Shown: positions 50,680-61,443, counted from the first letter of the whole stretch. The stretch is 63,474 bases of DNA, filler included, from Octopus bimaculoides (GCF_001194135.2; 7 parts of 5 records of this genome joined end to end with filler, not necessarily neighbours in it), one strand, 5' to 3'. Notes: a model not told the origin generated them from the sequence alone. Program-made: numbers and translations.

Positions 50680-50881
50680 AGCAGCAACTTGTTCAAACTG
50701 AGGTTTAAATATCTGACAATGTCCACACCAAGAAGCATAGAAATCTACAATCCAAGGTTGCTTGGAATTAATAACTTTGGAATGGAAACTACTTGAGCGA
50801 AGAGTAACAACTTTACTGGGAAGAAATTCATAGATCCACGCATGTAATGACTGCACGTCTCGATTCCAGCCATTGTACGAC
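50680..50881 (-). CDS. DNAJC10: DNAJC10/ERdj5 exon with Trx4 active site WCGHC
   Basis: tttatccag|...|GTAAGT. G+SYNGWNRDVQSLHAWIYEFLPSKVVTLRSSSFHSKVINSKQPWIVDFYASWCGHCQIFKPQFEQVAA, 202 nt, phase 2-0. SYNGWNRD is the ERdj5 Trx3-Trx4 linker. Confidence 0.94.
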
Positions 50882-51039
50882 CTGGATAAATAAAAATAAA
50901 TAAATATTGAAATAGTAAATTAGTTTCAGTCATCAATTAAGGTCCAAACATTACTAATTTCATATCTGTCTTTCAATCTATTCCACCATCTTCTCTGTCC
51001 AATATTCTCGGAAGGCTAATGGTGGTACAGTCCTCAAGC

Positions 51040-51290
51040 ACCTACTCCATAGGGTCCTATCAGAAGCAACTGTCATTAAACTTTAATGCAGGATTCCTAA
51101 GTATGATCAACTGAGACTATGGATATTATCCAACCATCTCACTTGTGGTCTAACCCTATGTCTTCTGCCAGTTGGCTCAGTTCGAAGAACCTGTCTTGTG
51201 GTCTTTTCCTGTGACATTCTAACCACATGTCCACCATGATGCCAGAACTTTGATCTCTCAATGCAGAGAAGGAGCAGCTTGACTTGGAGA
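51040..51290 (-). mobile_element. RTE LINE 3' ORF fragment
   Basis: LLLCIERSKFWHHGGHVVRM..GRRHRVRPQVRWLDNI. Confidence 0.7.
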
Positions 51291-51332
51291 AACTCCCTTG
51301 TCTCTAAGCTATGCACCCTGTCTTTCCATAAA

Positions 51333-52274
51333 CATGCTTCATCAATTTTTTTACAATCAGACATGTTCCGTTGCACAGTCTGGGGGGCTCCAAATTGCGC
51401 AGAAGCATAACCAGAGTTCTAACTTTAAGGCGGAGCAGATGTGGTGGTAGGCCCAGAGGGTTTAAAGAGTTGAGGAACTTCATTGGGAAATTCACCAATT
51501 CATTCGCATCTACCATCGTATCTACAGATTTGTATGTGAAAGGAGCACCGGGAAGTGACTGCAACAGTTGATCATTGAGTTTTGTAACGGTCACATTTTT
51601 TGGAGCCACTCTTTCAGACAGCCATTCATGATTGAGATAATTATCTTTTAAATGAGGAAACACTTTATCGGTGAGTTCGGCCAGAGATGAAACAGGAGTT
51701 GCGAACGGGTGAACTTCCAGTTCCCCATCAGCGTCAAGAGGCACTTTACCGTTGCCAAGTTTCAGAATGTCACTTGCGAAGTTAGCTGTCGTTTAGTTGC
51801 CGAGCAATCGAGCACTCATGTTGATTGCCAGGGTCAGTAACCTGACATGACGCCAGAGCAGAGACGACTTAAGGTATGCTTGAACCTCATCTGCTCACGT
51901 GCCTTTGGGGATAACAGAGTTTGCCTAAAGTCACCTGAAAGTAAAAGCGTAACACCTCCCATGGGGGCTTCACAACCCCTGATATCCTGAAGGGTTCTGT
52001 TTAATGCGTCAAAGGCTCCCTTGTGGGCCATAGTACACTTGTCCCACACAATAAGCTGACAGCATTTCAGCACTTGGCCCTGGTCAGAGTTCTTGCTTAT
52101 ATTGCAGGTAGGTGTTTCTGACTTAGTTAAAGGTGGAGTGTGCAGTTCTGCCACCAGGCGGCAAAGTTGCAGCAATCTCTGAAGATGCGACAACAACCGC
52201 AAATGCTCTTTTGCATCCTGACTTTCACTAGGATGAGCTTTGTTAGAAAGGTTTTGCCTGTACACCCTGGAGCT
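51333..52274 (-). mobile_element. Helitron Pif1-like helicase fragment, decayed
   Basis: APGCTGKTF (Walker A), ASSEIAATL.PGGRTAHSTF, LIVWDKCTMAHK, GGVTLLLSGDFRQTL, FLNSLNPLGLPPHLLRLKV..MLLRNLEPPRLCNGT.LIVKKLMKHV. Confidence 0.92.
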
Positions 52275-52807
52275 GTTTGATGGTGTATTGCTGGGCTCAT
52301 CCACTATAACTTCTTAAAACCCGGAAAAACCATTACTGCAGAAACATATTGCTATGAAATTGCTAAAACAAACGAAAAACTGCTTCTCCTCCATCCCAGA
52401 CTGGTCAACAGAAGATGGCCAATCATTCTTCATGACAATGCTCGACCACACGTTTGACTAATGACATTCCAGAAGTTGAGGGAACTTAGCTACAACATTC
52501 TTCCCCACCCAGCTTATTCCCCAGGCCTTTTTGTCTATCGACTACCACTTTTTCAAGCACCTTGATGGTTTCCCACAAGAGGAGGAGTTCAAAAATCAAA
52601 CCGATACTAAAAGTCCATTCAAAGAGTTTATCAGCTCCAGAACTCCAGATTTTTATGTTACCGGAATAAATAAACTTGTACCTTGTTGACAAAAATGTGT
52701 TGATTGTAATGATACTTGCTTTGATGAATAAAATTTCCGCATTGTTGAAATATATTGTGTTGAATTTCATGTTTCAAAACGTTGCTTACTTTTTACTCAG
52801 CCTGATA
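52272..52807 (+). mobile_element. mariner (DD34D-type) 3' half with right TIR
   Basis: WCIAGLIHYNFLKPGKTITAETYC..ILHDNARPH..HPAYSP..DYHFFKHL..FDE*; ends TTACTTTTTACTCAGCCTGA|TA. Confidence 0.9.
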
Positions 52808-52824
52808 TATATATATATATATAC

Positions 52825-53557
52825 CCGTCAGAGTGTAAGTATCTTGAGAGAAAAGCTGAACATTAGAAGCATCAGTTGTGGTGTGCAAGAGAGAGGATTG
52901 CGCTGGTATGGACATGTGGTGAGAATGGATGAGGATAGCTGCGTGAAAAAGTGCCACAGGAAGACCTGGGCTGAGGTGGTGAGGCAAGACCTTCGTACAT
53001 TGGGCCTCACCGAGGCGATGACTACTGACCGAGACCTTTGGAAATGTGCTGTGCGTGAGAAGACCCGGCAAGCCAAGTAAGATCGTTGCCAGTGCCCCTG
53101 GACTGGTTCTTGTGCGGGTGGCACNNNNNNNNNNNNNNNNNNNNNNNNNNNNNNNNNNNNNNNNNNNNNNNNNNNNNNNNNNNNNNNNNNNNNNNNNNNN
53201 NNNNNNNNNNNNNNNNNNNNNNNNNNNNNNNNNNNNNNNNNNNNNNNNNNNNNNNNNNNNNNNNNNNNNNNNNNNNNNNNNNNNNNNNNNNNNNNNNNNN
53301 NNNNNNNNNNNNNNNNNNNNNNNNNNNNNNNNNNNNNNNNNNNNNNNNNNNNNNNNNNNNNNNTTCGTGCGGGTGACACGTAAAAGCACCCACTACACTC
53401 TCTGAGTGGTTGGCGTTAGGAAGGGCATCCAGCTGTAGAAACTCTGCCAAATCAGACTGGAGCCTGGTGTTGCCATCCGGTTTCACCAGTCCTCAGTCAA
53501 ATCGTCCAACCCATGCTAGCATGGAAAGCGGACGTTAAACGATGATGATGATGATGA

Positions 53558-53560
<3 letters not shown>
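52825..53560 (+). mobile_element. 5'-truncated RTE LINE with 3' UTR and (GAT)n tail, spanning a gap
   Basis: LRWYGHVVRMDEDSCVKKC..RKTWAEVVRQDL..DRDLWK*; tail AACCCATGCTAGCATGGAAAGCGGACGTTAAAC(GAT)n. Confidence 0.9.
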
Positions 53561-53591
<31 letters not shown>

Positions 53592-54084
53592 ATGATGATG
53601 ATGATGACACACACATACATACAGAACCAGCAAATTTATCAACCTGGGGCAAAAATTACTAACCTCAGTTTGAGAACCCTTACTATAGACCAATATATAT
53701 TGCATAATTTGTGGCAGAGAAATGACTGAGTGATGAAGATATTGTACTAAATGCTCATCAATTAGGGTGGCAGACTTAATCAATTGCCCAATTTACTACC
53801 TCCTGAGTGCCCTTTAGCAGTGTCTGCTCTTTTCCAAGTATTCAGATGAGGTCTCTAGCCTGGGAACAGCCCAATATCTGGATGCACTGATTCTTCCTAC
53901 TACAGCAACCCATGAGTTATAGTTTCTTCCTACCTTTCTTCCCATCAATCTTTGTGACCCCACAAATATCATGGGTGCAGCCCTTCTTCTTCTAGGTCAA
54001 AGGAAGTTTTAATAAGTATACACTGACTACAAATTTTCTGCAGATATTTTGTCATGTGTCTAAGCAGAATACCTTATTCTACAA

Positions 54085-54230
54085 TGCTTCCTCATCATCA
54101 CCATCATTATAATTTAATATCCATATCCCATGCTAGCAGGAGTTGGATGATATGACAAAGTTTGCTTTGGCACAGGTTCTACAGCTGGATGCCTGTCTTA
54201 AACTATTTTTATGGCACCAACACAAGTAAG
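54085..54230 (-). mobile_element. Old RTE-type 3' tail relic
   Basis: (CAT)n..CCCATGCTAGCAGGAGTTGGA..TTCTACAGCTGGATGCC is the reverse complement of the RTE tail at 53420-53540. Confidence 0.6.
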
Positions 54231-54441
54231 GTTGCCACTTAGCTCACAACACTAAGACTGCTTTCATCTGAGTGAAACTACAGTAGAAGCAGAGGCACTT
54301 TTATGCTAAGTGATGAGCGATTAAGTATGAAAGGAACCAGAACAGGTTCCTTGCTATAGAGGATATACATGGCTACTCATATCTTACAAGAGTGAATGTC
54401 AATAATCAGGATGCACCTAAATGATGCACAAGAACAATATT

Positions 54442-54647
54442 GGTTTCAAATTTTGGCACAAGGCCAGTAATTTGGAGAGAGGGGGTAAAATTAATTACAT
54501 CGACCCCAGTACTCAGCTGGTAGTTATTTTAAGGATGAAAGGTAGAGTCAACCTTGGCAGAATTTGAACTCAGAATGTTAAGGCAGACGAAAAACCACTA
54601 AGCATTTTGTCTGGCATGCTAATGATTCTGCCAGCTCACCACCTTTT
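54442..54647 (-). mobile_element. Intronic SINE family A copy with 16-bp TSD
   Basis: TSD GCACA(A/G)GAACAATATT at 54426-54441 and 54648-54663. Confidence 0.9.
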
Positions 54648-54702
54648 GCACAGGAACAATATTAATCCCTATATTAAACAAATAAGAAAGATGAGATCTT
54701 AC

Positions 54703-54836
54703 TCGAATAATGATGATCTAGATAACGGATACAAGCGCATCGTGGGATAAGAGTGTACCCCTTCTTGTTGACATAAAGATCTATATTTTTTGCAATCAAT
54801 ATCAGCGATATGTACATTTTTATTGGATTTGAACAT
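54703..54836 (-). CDS. DNAJC10: DNAJC10/ERdj5 exon, second half of Trx3
   Basis: tttccag|...|GTAAGA. MFKSNKNVHIADIDCKKYRSLCQQEGVHSYPTMRLYPLSRSSLF+GA, 134 nt, phase 0-2. Confidence 0.92.
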
Positions 54837-55067
54837 CTGGAAAGAGAAATGAAAAAAGGCATAATTAAAATGGATTGTTTTCCAATATAAATGAAAATGT
54901 TTGAAATTCTGTTTATTTAAATGTACATAAAATCCAAAATTGGAAGAAATACTACACATCAACATTAAATATAAGTGAATCTATCTTTTAAACTTGAAAG
55001 GTATTTAATCTTTAATACATCAAAATTAAATCTAAGGAAAGAATTAAAATAAAGAATGTTATGTTTT

Positions 55068-55492
55068 ATCTTTTACTTGTTTCAGTCATTAGACTGCAGC
55101 CATGCTGGGGTACCACCTTGAAGAATTTTAGTTGAACAAATTGATTCCAGTACTTTTTTTTAAAACCTGGTATTTATTCTATCAGTCTCTTTAGCCTTGG
55201 CTACATTTATGAAATATTTATGAAGGGTCGTATTATTTTTATTAGAATGAAACACAATTTATGGATGATATTCTTAGAATAATTTCTTTAAAAAAAAATA
55301 GGTATTAATAAAAACTTGCATTTCCCTCTCTGTTAGGAGGCACAAGCACTTACACACACAATGTTAACTTCTGCCTGCCAAATTCAATCATAAGGCTTCG
55401 GTCAACCCGAGGTTATAGCAGAAGACACTTGCCCAAGGTGCCATGCAGTGGGATTGGGCCTGAAACCATGTGGCTACAAAGCAAGCTTCCCA
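55068..55492 (-). mobile_element. Intronic SINE family B pieces (3' part 55068-55197; 5' part 55346-55492)
   Basis: The reverse complement GGCACCTTGGGCAAGTGTCTTCTGCTATA resembles the start of the CORE domain of MIR-type SINEs (GTGACCTTGGGCAAGT). Confidence 0.8.
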
Positions 55493-55676
55493 CTGGTTTC
55501 GAATTTTGGCACAAGGCCAGCAATTTTAGAAGAGGGGATAAATCAATTACATCGACCCAGCCATGTAACTGGTACTTATTTTGTGAACCCCGAAGAGTAG
55601 AAAGCGAAAGTCGACCTCGACAGAATTTGAACTCTGAATGTAAAGTCAGATGAAATGCCGCTAAGCATTTTGCCAG
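55493..55676 (-). mobile_element. SINE family A copy inserted at the head of a family B copy
   Basis: TTTTGGCACAAGGCCAGC..CTGGTACTTATTTT..GAATTTGAACTC..GCTAAGCATTTTGCC, running into a gap. Confidence 0.88.
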
Positions 55677-56219
55677 NNNNNNNNNNNNNNNNNNNNNNNN
55701 NNNNNNNNNNNNNNNNNNNNNNNNNNNNNNNNNNNNNNNNNNNNNNNNNNNNNNNNNNNNNNNNNNNNNNNNNNNNNNNNNNNNNNNNNNNNNNNNNNNN
55801 NNNNNNNNNNNNNNNNNNNNNNNNNNNNNNNNNNNNNNNNNNNNNNNNNNNNNNNNNNNNNNNNNNNNNNNNNNNNNNNNNNNNNNNNNNNNCGGTAGAA
55901 CTGTATGCAAGTCTTATTTGTTGAAGACAATTCGTGTATAGTTCTGCAAATTATATTGATTCTAGAACGGCTGTGCTGACAAGAACACAGATGTTGTTAC
56001 GTAATTAAAACGTTAATGTTCAAAACTGCAGTACACAGCTAATTCTTTATTCTGTATATTTCTCATTTTGTCCTGTTCTGGTGTTTTGCGAAATTTTTTC
56101 TGGAGAACATTATTTTTCTTTGTGGTTGGGTCGTTGATGACCTCTTTCTAGCATATTGGATGTCCACCTAGTGGTCATCCCTTATACACGTATATATATT
56201 GATAGATATATTGTGTTAC

Positions 56220-56375
56220 CTTAGAGAGCTTACGCCATTCAGGAGCCAACTGTTGACAAGGGCCACACCATGGAGCAAAGAAATCGACAACCCAGATTTC
56301 ATTTTGGCCACGCTGTTTAACTTTGGAATGAAAGTTGTCAGGAGTCAGTTGTTCTACAGATGGATGAAGAGTATC
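56220..56375 (-). CDS. DNAJC10: DNAJC10/ERdj5 exon with Trx3 active site WCGPC
   Basis: ttttactag|...|GTAACA. DTLHPSVEQLTPDNFHSKVKQRGQNEIWVVDFFAPWCGPCQQLAPEWRKLSK, 156 nt, phase 0-0. Confidence 0.94.
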
Positions 56376-56492
56376 CTAGTAAAATGTGAAAGTAAAGGAG
56401 GAAAAAATATCAGAAAATGTGTTTATTTGGAAAGCAACAAATAAATTTCCCTCTATAGAGAGACTTGTACATCAATTTTAATTTTGCCTACA

Positions 56493-57535
56493 TTTATCTT
56501 GTTTAAGTCATTGGACTGTGGCCATGCTAGAGCACTACCTTGAAAGATTTAGTCAAACAAATCAATCCCATAACTTATTTGTCAGTCTGGTACCTATTCT
56601 ATTGGTCTCTTTTGCTGAGCTGCAAAGAAATAAGCTAACACCAGTCTTCAAGCAGTGTCAGGGACAAACACGCATGCACACACATACACACAACAGGCTT
56701 CCACAGTCTCCAGCAACCAAATCCACTCTCAAGGCATTGGTGGGCCTGGGCACTTTAATAGAGGTGGTGGTGGTGGTGGCGTCAGCAGCTGTAGCGATGG
56801 GGGTGGAGAAGATGATGGAAGTAATTGTGGCAGTGATGATGATGGTGAAGGTGAACCATTGTCTTTACATTTGCTTTTCTATGCTGGCATGAGTTGACCA
56901 GGACTTTCTCAAGAAGTGTTTTATAACCAAATGCTCTTCTTGACATTCATCCTTGTAGATAAAGTGTACTTATTCTAAAATCAGGATACACACAGGTATT
57001 ACATATCATCTTTATCATCATCATTTATCTATAGAAGATTTTTGACAGTTAGACGCCTTTCCTGTCACCAACCCTTACCCATTCCAAGATTCCCCTTGGC
57101 CAGACATGTTCATATTTAAATTAAAACTTGCCATCATAATTTAATGTAAGACATTCATTTATATCCATTATGTCAAGACAAGGAGACACAAACACACACA
57201 CACAGATACACAACAGGCTTCTTTCAGTTTCCACTTACCAAATCCACTCACAAAGCTTTGGTTGGTGCAACGCTATAGTAGAAGCCCAAGGTGCCATGCA
57301 GTGGAACTGAGCCTGAAACCATGTTGGGAAGCAAACTTTTTAACCACACAGCTACACCAGCACTCATATGTGTGTGTGCGCGCGCGCGCATGTGCGCATC
57401 TAATGGGTTCCTGAATAGTTTTCATCTCCTAAATTTAACTCAGAAGGTTCTGAGTCCACAGAATGGTATGATTGAAGTCATCTGCCCAAGATGTCATACA
57501 GTGGGATTAAATCTGGAACCACATGACTGCTAAGC
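56493..57535 (-). mobile_element. Cluster of intronic SINE family B fragments (56493-56765, 57181-57363, 57410-57535)
   Basis: Repeated CCAAATCCACTC, CCCAAG(G/A)TG(C/T)CAT(G/A)CAGTGG and GCCATGCTAGAGCA motifs. Confidence 0.75.
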
Positions 57536-57586
57536 CATAAAAATTACAAAACAGGTGTAAAAACCCCTAAGGTGAATTATGCTTAC

Positions 57587-57688
57587 CTCAATAAAATCAA
57601 TGATATCTTGTGCGCGATGTTGACCATGGTAATGATGAGGTGTGCTTCTATTGTAAAAAATAGTGGTTGGATAAGATCTAATGTTGTA
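57587..57688 (-). CDS. DNAJC10: DNAJC10/ERdj5 exon, end of Trx2
   Basis: cattttag|...|GTAAGC. YNIRSYPTTIFYNRSTPHHYHGQHRAQDIIDFIE, 102 nt, phase 0-0; includes the cis-Pro YP motif. Confidence 0.93.
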
Positions 57689-58355
57689 CTAAAATGACAA
57701 AAAAAAAACAAGGGAAAAAATACAATCATCAGTTATGGAAATTAAGTATTTATTTTCTTCGACAGAGGTTTTACTTATACTTTAAATAGTCTATATTTAT
57801 TTAAACCAAGGTCAGCTCTAATCAAGTAGACTTCTGAGCTAACTCCCAAAGTGTACTTCCAAGCTAACAGCCATTCTTATTAAGTCCCCCCCCCTACCCA
57901 AGAATTTACTCTCTGATCTTTGGAAATATGCTACAGTGTTTTCAAATCAGGCAATAAAAACATTATTTCAGATAACGAATTTCTTGAAAAGCAATACATA
58001 TTTTAACACAGACTATTTGTAAATCAGTTTTAAACTGGTCTCTTCATCTTGTAGTTCAAAACACAATCCTTTGCCTGTCCATGCTTGTTTTCAGATTTTC
58101 AGTCCTTGTTTCATTCATTCTGAATAACATAAATCTTCCCTTTCTTAAGTCCCAAGTTACTCTGTGGTTGAAAAAACTTTGGGAGTGTAAATCATATATG
58201 ATGCATAGATGCCAAGGAAATATTTACTGCGTCACATGTGATACATGGGACAGGCAAAGAGTTAAAATTCTAAAATTTAAATTGTTTTTTTTCTTCAAAG
58301 TTTATGAAAACTTTCGAATTTATAAAAAAAAAAACTTTAGGAAAAGCTATTATAC

Positions 58356-58472
58356 CTGAGTGCAGAGGCCCTGATGTACAGTACAGTCAACAGAACCAAA
58401 AGATATTGTTTTACCATAACTTTTGGATGCTTTTCTAAATTCTGGCAGCAACCGCATACACGGAGGGCACCA
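58356..58472 (-). CDS. DNAJC10: DNAJC10/ERdj5 exon with Trx2 active site WCPPC
   Basis: ttttatag|...|GTATAA. WCPPCMRLLPEFRKASKSYGKTISFGSVDCTVHQGLCTQ, 117 nt, phase 0-0. Confidence 0.94.
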
Positions 58473-58940
58473 CTATAAAACAAAAGTATGAATAAGCAAA
58501 TCAAGAAAAAGAAAAGAAAATTTAATAAGACTTGATATTTAGATTCTTTAATTCTTTTGATGCCAACTCACTAAGAGCTCCTCTAGTTCTATGATATATA
58601 TGTATTAAAAAAAACCCATTTACTTTAAAATGTTCATATTTAAATTAAAACTTGCCATCATAATTTAATGTAACAACCTTTAAAGTTGCAAAAATGATAT
58701 TTTTTCTAAATTCCCTCACATTCCTGATTATTTTAAGAAATAATTGAAACACATAGGCAGTGTATTTCTTTAAAAATAACCACAAAAGAATGAACTATGG
58801 CAGAACATGTTTAAAGTATTGGTGACAAAAATATCTGAATGTTATTTTCATTATTTATATCATTTTAAAAATTAGCCTAATAGCAAACACCATAGTTCAT
58901 TTTAAAAAGGTAGATTAGGAATATACAGAAATGTACTTAC

Positions 58941-59077
58941 TGGCGCAAAAAAATCAACAAACCATGGATCTTGACTATCTACTACCCGATGAGGAAAATC
59001 GCCAGGACCAAGTGCTTCTAAAGAAGCTTTCACACTCTCTTTAGCAAAAGCAGCTACATCATGAGCAATTGCACGAC
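58941..59077 (-). CDS. DNAJC10: DNAJC10/ERdj5 exon, start of Trx2
   Basis: tttcag|...|GTAAGT. (G)RAIAHDVAAFAKESVKASLEALGPGDFPHRVVDSQDPWFVDFFAP, 137 nt, phase 1-0. The AFAKESV and W.VDFFAP motifs match ERdj5. Confidence 0.93.
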
Positions 59078-60267
59078 CTGAAATTAAGAAAGCAATAAAC
59101 TAAAACATATAGTTTTAATGCTACATTTGATCTGATGATGCACAATAAACAAAAGTAATACTCTGTGTGTGTGTGTAAGAAGCAAATATATAAATTGCTC
59201 AAATTAAGATTTCTATTAATAACTTTATTTCAAATTTTGATTTATTGAAATTCCATATTGAGAAATTGATAAATATATAAGATGAAGTTATTTCTCTTGA
59301 GTAGGGGCACCAGAATCATTAATCATATTCCTTGGTAGCATCTTGATGAGACAGAAATGAAATGACTTGAGTGGATATAATATTGAATTATTGAGGATGC
59401 TTCTAGAGGACACACTGGACTAGATCATGTAGTCATAAATTTAGAATGTTTGCAAAATCTGCTCAAAGCTGGCTGAGTGTCAAATAGCAAGAACCTTTAG
59501 CTTATATCCACTTTGGGGGCTTCACTGTATATTTGAACATACATTTAAATCTACATGACTCAGTTCACTTACTATATTTACTCAAGTATTATGAAAGAAA
59601 TATAATACAAAGCATCAGAGACAAAATTGGTGGGATAGCATGAAACACAAGTGAAAAACAAAAGTACTAAAAGTGGAAGTCACATTGTATTCAAGATTAC
59701 ATTGTATACAAGTCAAGTAATTATGATATATGTTAGTAGTAGGTACCATATCAACTGAGAATGTTGCCTGAGTTTGACTTGCATCATAACTAGTAGAGTA
59801 AAATCTATCTCTTATTTACTTAATACAAAAGTCATCCAGTACTGAAAAACTCAAAATTGTTGAAGTATGGAATAAACTATCGGCATCAGTTGTTAGCTGT
59901 CAAAACACTACAACCTTCAAAACGTCCATGCTTCCTGAAATTTGCCAACCTGATGCCCCCTACCCCCATTTCTTCTTCCTTTTTTTTTTTTAAGATTTTC
60001 TCACTGTTCACTTTCTGTACATATTCTATGTACTGTTCATGCAATTTTGGTTACTTTTTTTGATGGGTTTTGCACCTGAGCATTGTATACAATAAGTTCG
60101 TTATTATTATTTTAAGTTATTTGGGAGAGATCCCTACAACAGACTAGCATTTTGTCAAAGAGAAGATTTATATTTCATCAAATTCCCACACCTGTAAACA
60201 CAAGTGAATTACATAGTTGTGGTTTCACAAAAAGAAATTAACTTCCAAATGAGCTCATATTCTATTT

Positions 60268-60424
60268 AGGTACACAAAATGACTGTGTGATTAAGAAGCT
60301 TGCTTTGCAACCACATGGTTTCGAGTTCAGACTCAGTATACAGTATCTTGGGTAAGTGTCTTCTACTATAGCTTCAGGGTGATCAATGCTATGTAAGTGA
60401 ATTTGGTAGATGGAAACTGTGTGG

Positions 60425-60461
<37 letters not shown>

Positions 60462-60650
60462 TCCCACACACACACACCACTTGACAAATGGTCTTGGTTT
60501 GTCTACATCTCCATAACTTGGCAGTTTGGCAAAAAAGACCGATAAAATAAATATCAGACTTTAAAAAAATAATAATTACTAGGGTAAAACCCTTTACAGT
60601 CATGCCTCAGCATAGCCACAGTCCAATATCTAAAAGTGAAAGACAAAAGA
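60268..60650 (+). mobile_element. Intronic SINE family B copy, full length
   Basis: GACTGTGTGATTAAGAAGCTTGCT..CTTGGGTAAGTGTCTTCTACTATAGC..(GT)n..GCATAGCCACAGTC. Confidence 0.85.
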
Positions 60651-60711
60651 TTATATTTTAGCATTCATGCAAAAACAGCATAAAAGATATTTCTTAAAAC
60701 TGTTTCCTTAC

Positions 60712-60823
60712 CATAATATATTTCATGGCCACCACTTGATTTGAAAAGGACAAAAGTTGGCATTTTAAAAATATGTAACTGGTGACATTCATTCTGAAGA
60801 ATCCTACAGTCAACACGACCAAC
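60712..60823 (-). CDS. DNAJC10: DNAJC10/ERdj5 internal exon (most 5' exon visible; end of redox-inactive thioredoxin-like domain)
   Basis: ttttttag|...|GTAAGG. Translates VGRVDCRILQNECHQLHIFKMPTFVLFKSSGGHEIYY+G (112 nt, phase 0-1). Resembles the vertebrate ERdj5 segment VGRFDC...EYEIHHG and joins in frame to the 59077 exon. Confidence 0.88.
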
Positions 60824-60869
60824 CTAAAAAATATTGTATTGAAAGGAAAATATAATTCATACAGTATCA

Positions 60870-61080
60870 TCTGTTGTTTAACTTAACTCATCCCTCATTA
60901 AGCAAACCTATGAGCAAAGATTTTCCTGCCATGACCATCACATCTTTATTTTCAGATAAGATGACAAGATGTACTGAGGACTATATTATCCAAAGTGTCC
61001 TTTTTCTATGGTATGTGATTTGAGGGAGATATGGCTGCTATTTCCAGCAAGTAAAGCAACCCTGTAAAAGCTTCCTTTGA
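60870..61080 (+). mobile_element. Unclassified interspersed repeat (family C; related pieces near 1700-1830 minus and 34540-34690)
   Basis: Shared ATGACCATC and GGCTGCTATTTC..GAGC/AAGC motifs between the three sites. Confidence 0.45.
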
Positions 61081-61244
61081 TGTTAAGATACTTTGTGATC
61101 GGTTACTGTTAGAGCCACTTCATTTCAGACCCTTTTTGCCCTTGTAAAAAAACATAAACATCACAAACACCTATTTCCCTCACATAAAAATCTCAGGCTT
61201 CATGTTTATCTAAAAAGAAAATACAATAGCTTTTACATATATCC

Positions 61245-61443
61245 TGTGTTTGTTGTCCACCACTATTTGACAACTGGTGAGTTTATGCCCCCATAATTCA
61301 GAGGTTTGGCAAAGAAACTGATAGAATAAGTACTAGGCTTTAAAAAAATAAGTCCTGGAGTCAATTAGTTCAACTGAAGTCTTTCAGGGCAGTGCCCCAG
61401 CATAGCTGCATGGCCGCCACACTGCAGGCAAATGACTGAAACA

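Noticed and set aside
50599-50856. WCGHC ORF as protein disulfide isomerase (P4HB/PDIA3/PDIA6)
   Set aside because: Splices in frame with CPPC and CGPC domains and the SYNGWNRD linker, which is the ERdj5 architecture.
51304-52304. Host PIF1 helicase gene nested in the DNAJC10 intron
   Set aside because: Intronless, frameshifted, with stops, truncated at both ends and with Helitron-type motifs (FLNSL..GLPPH.L.LK, LCNGTRL).
52311-52730. SETMAR-like host gene
   Set aside because: Only a mutated mariner catalytic half with TIR and TA; no SET domain or intact frame.
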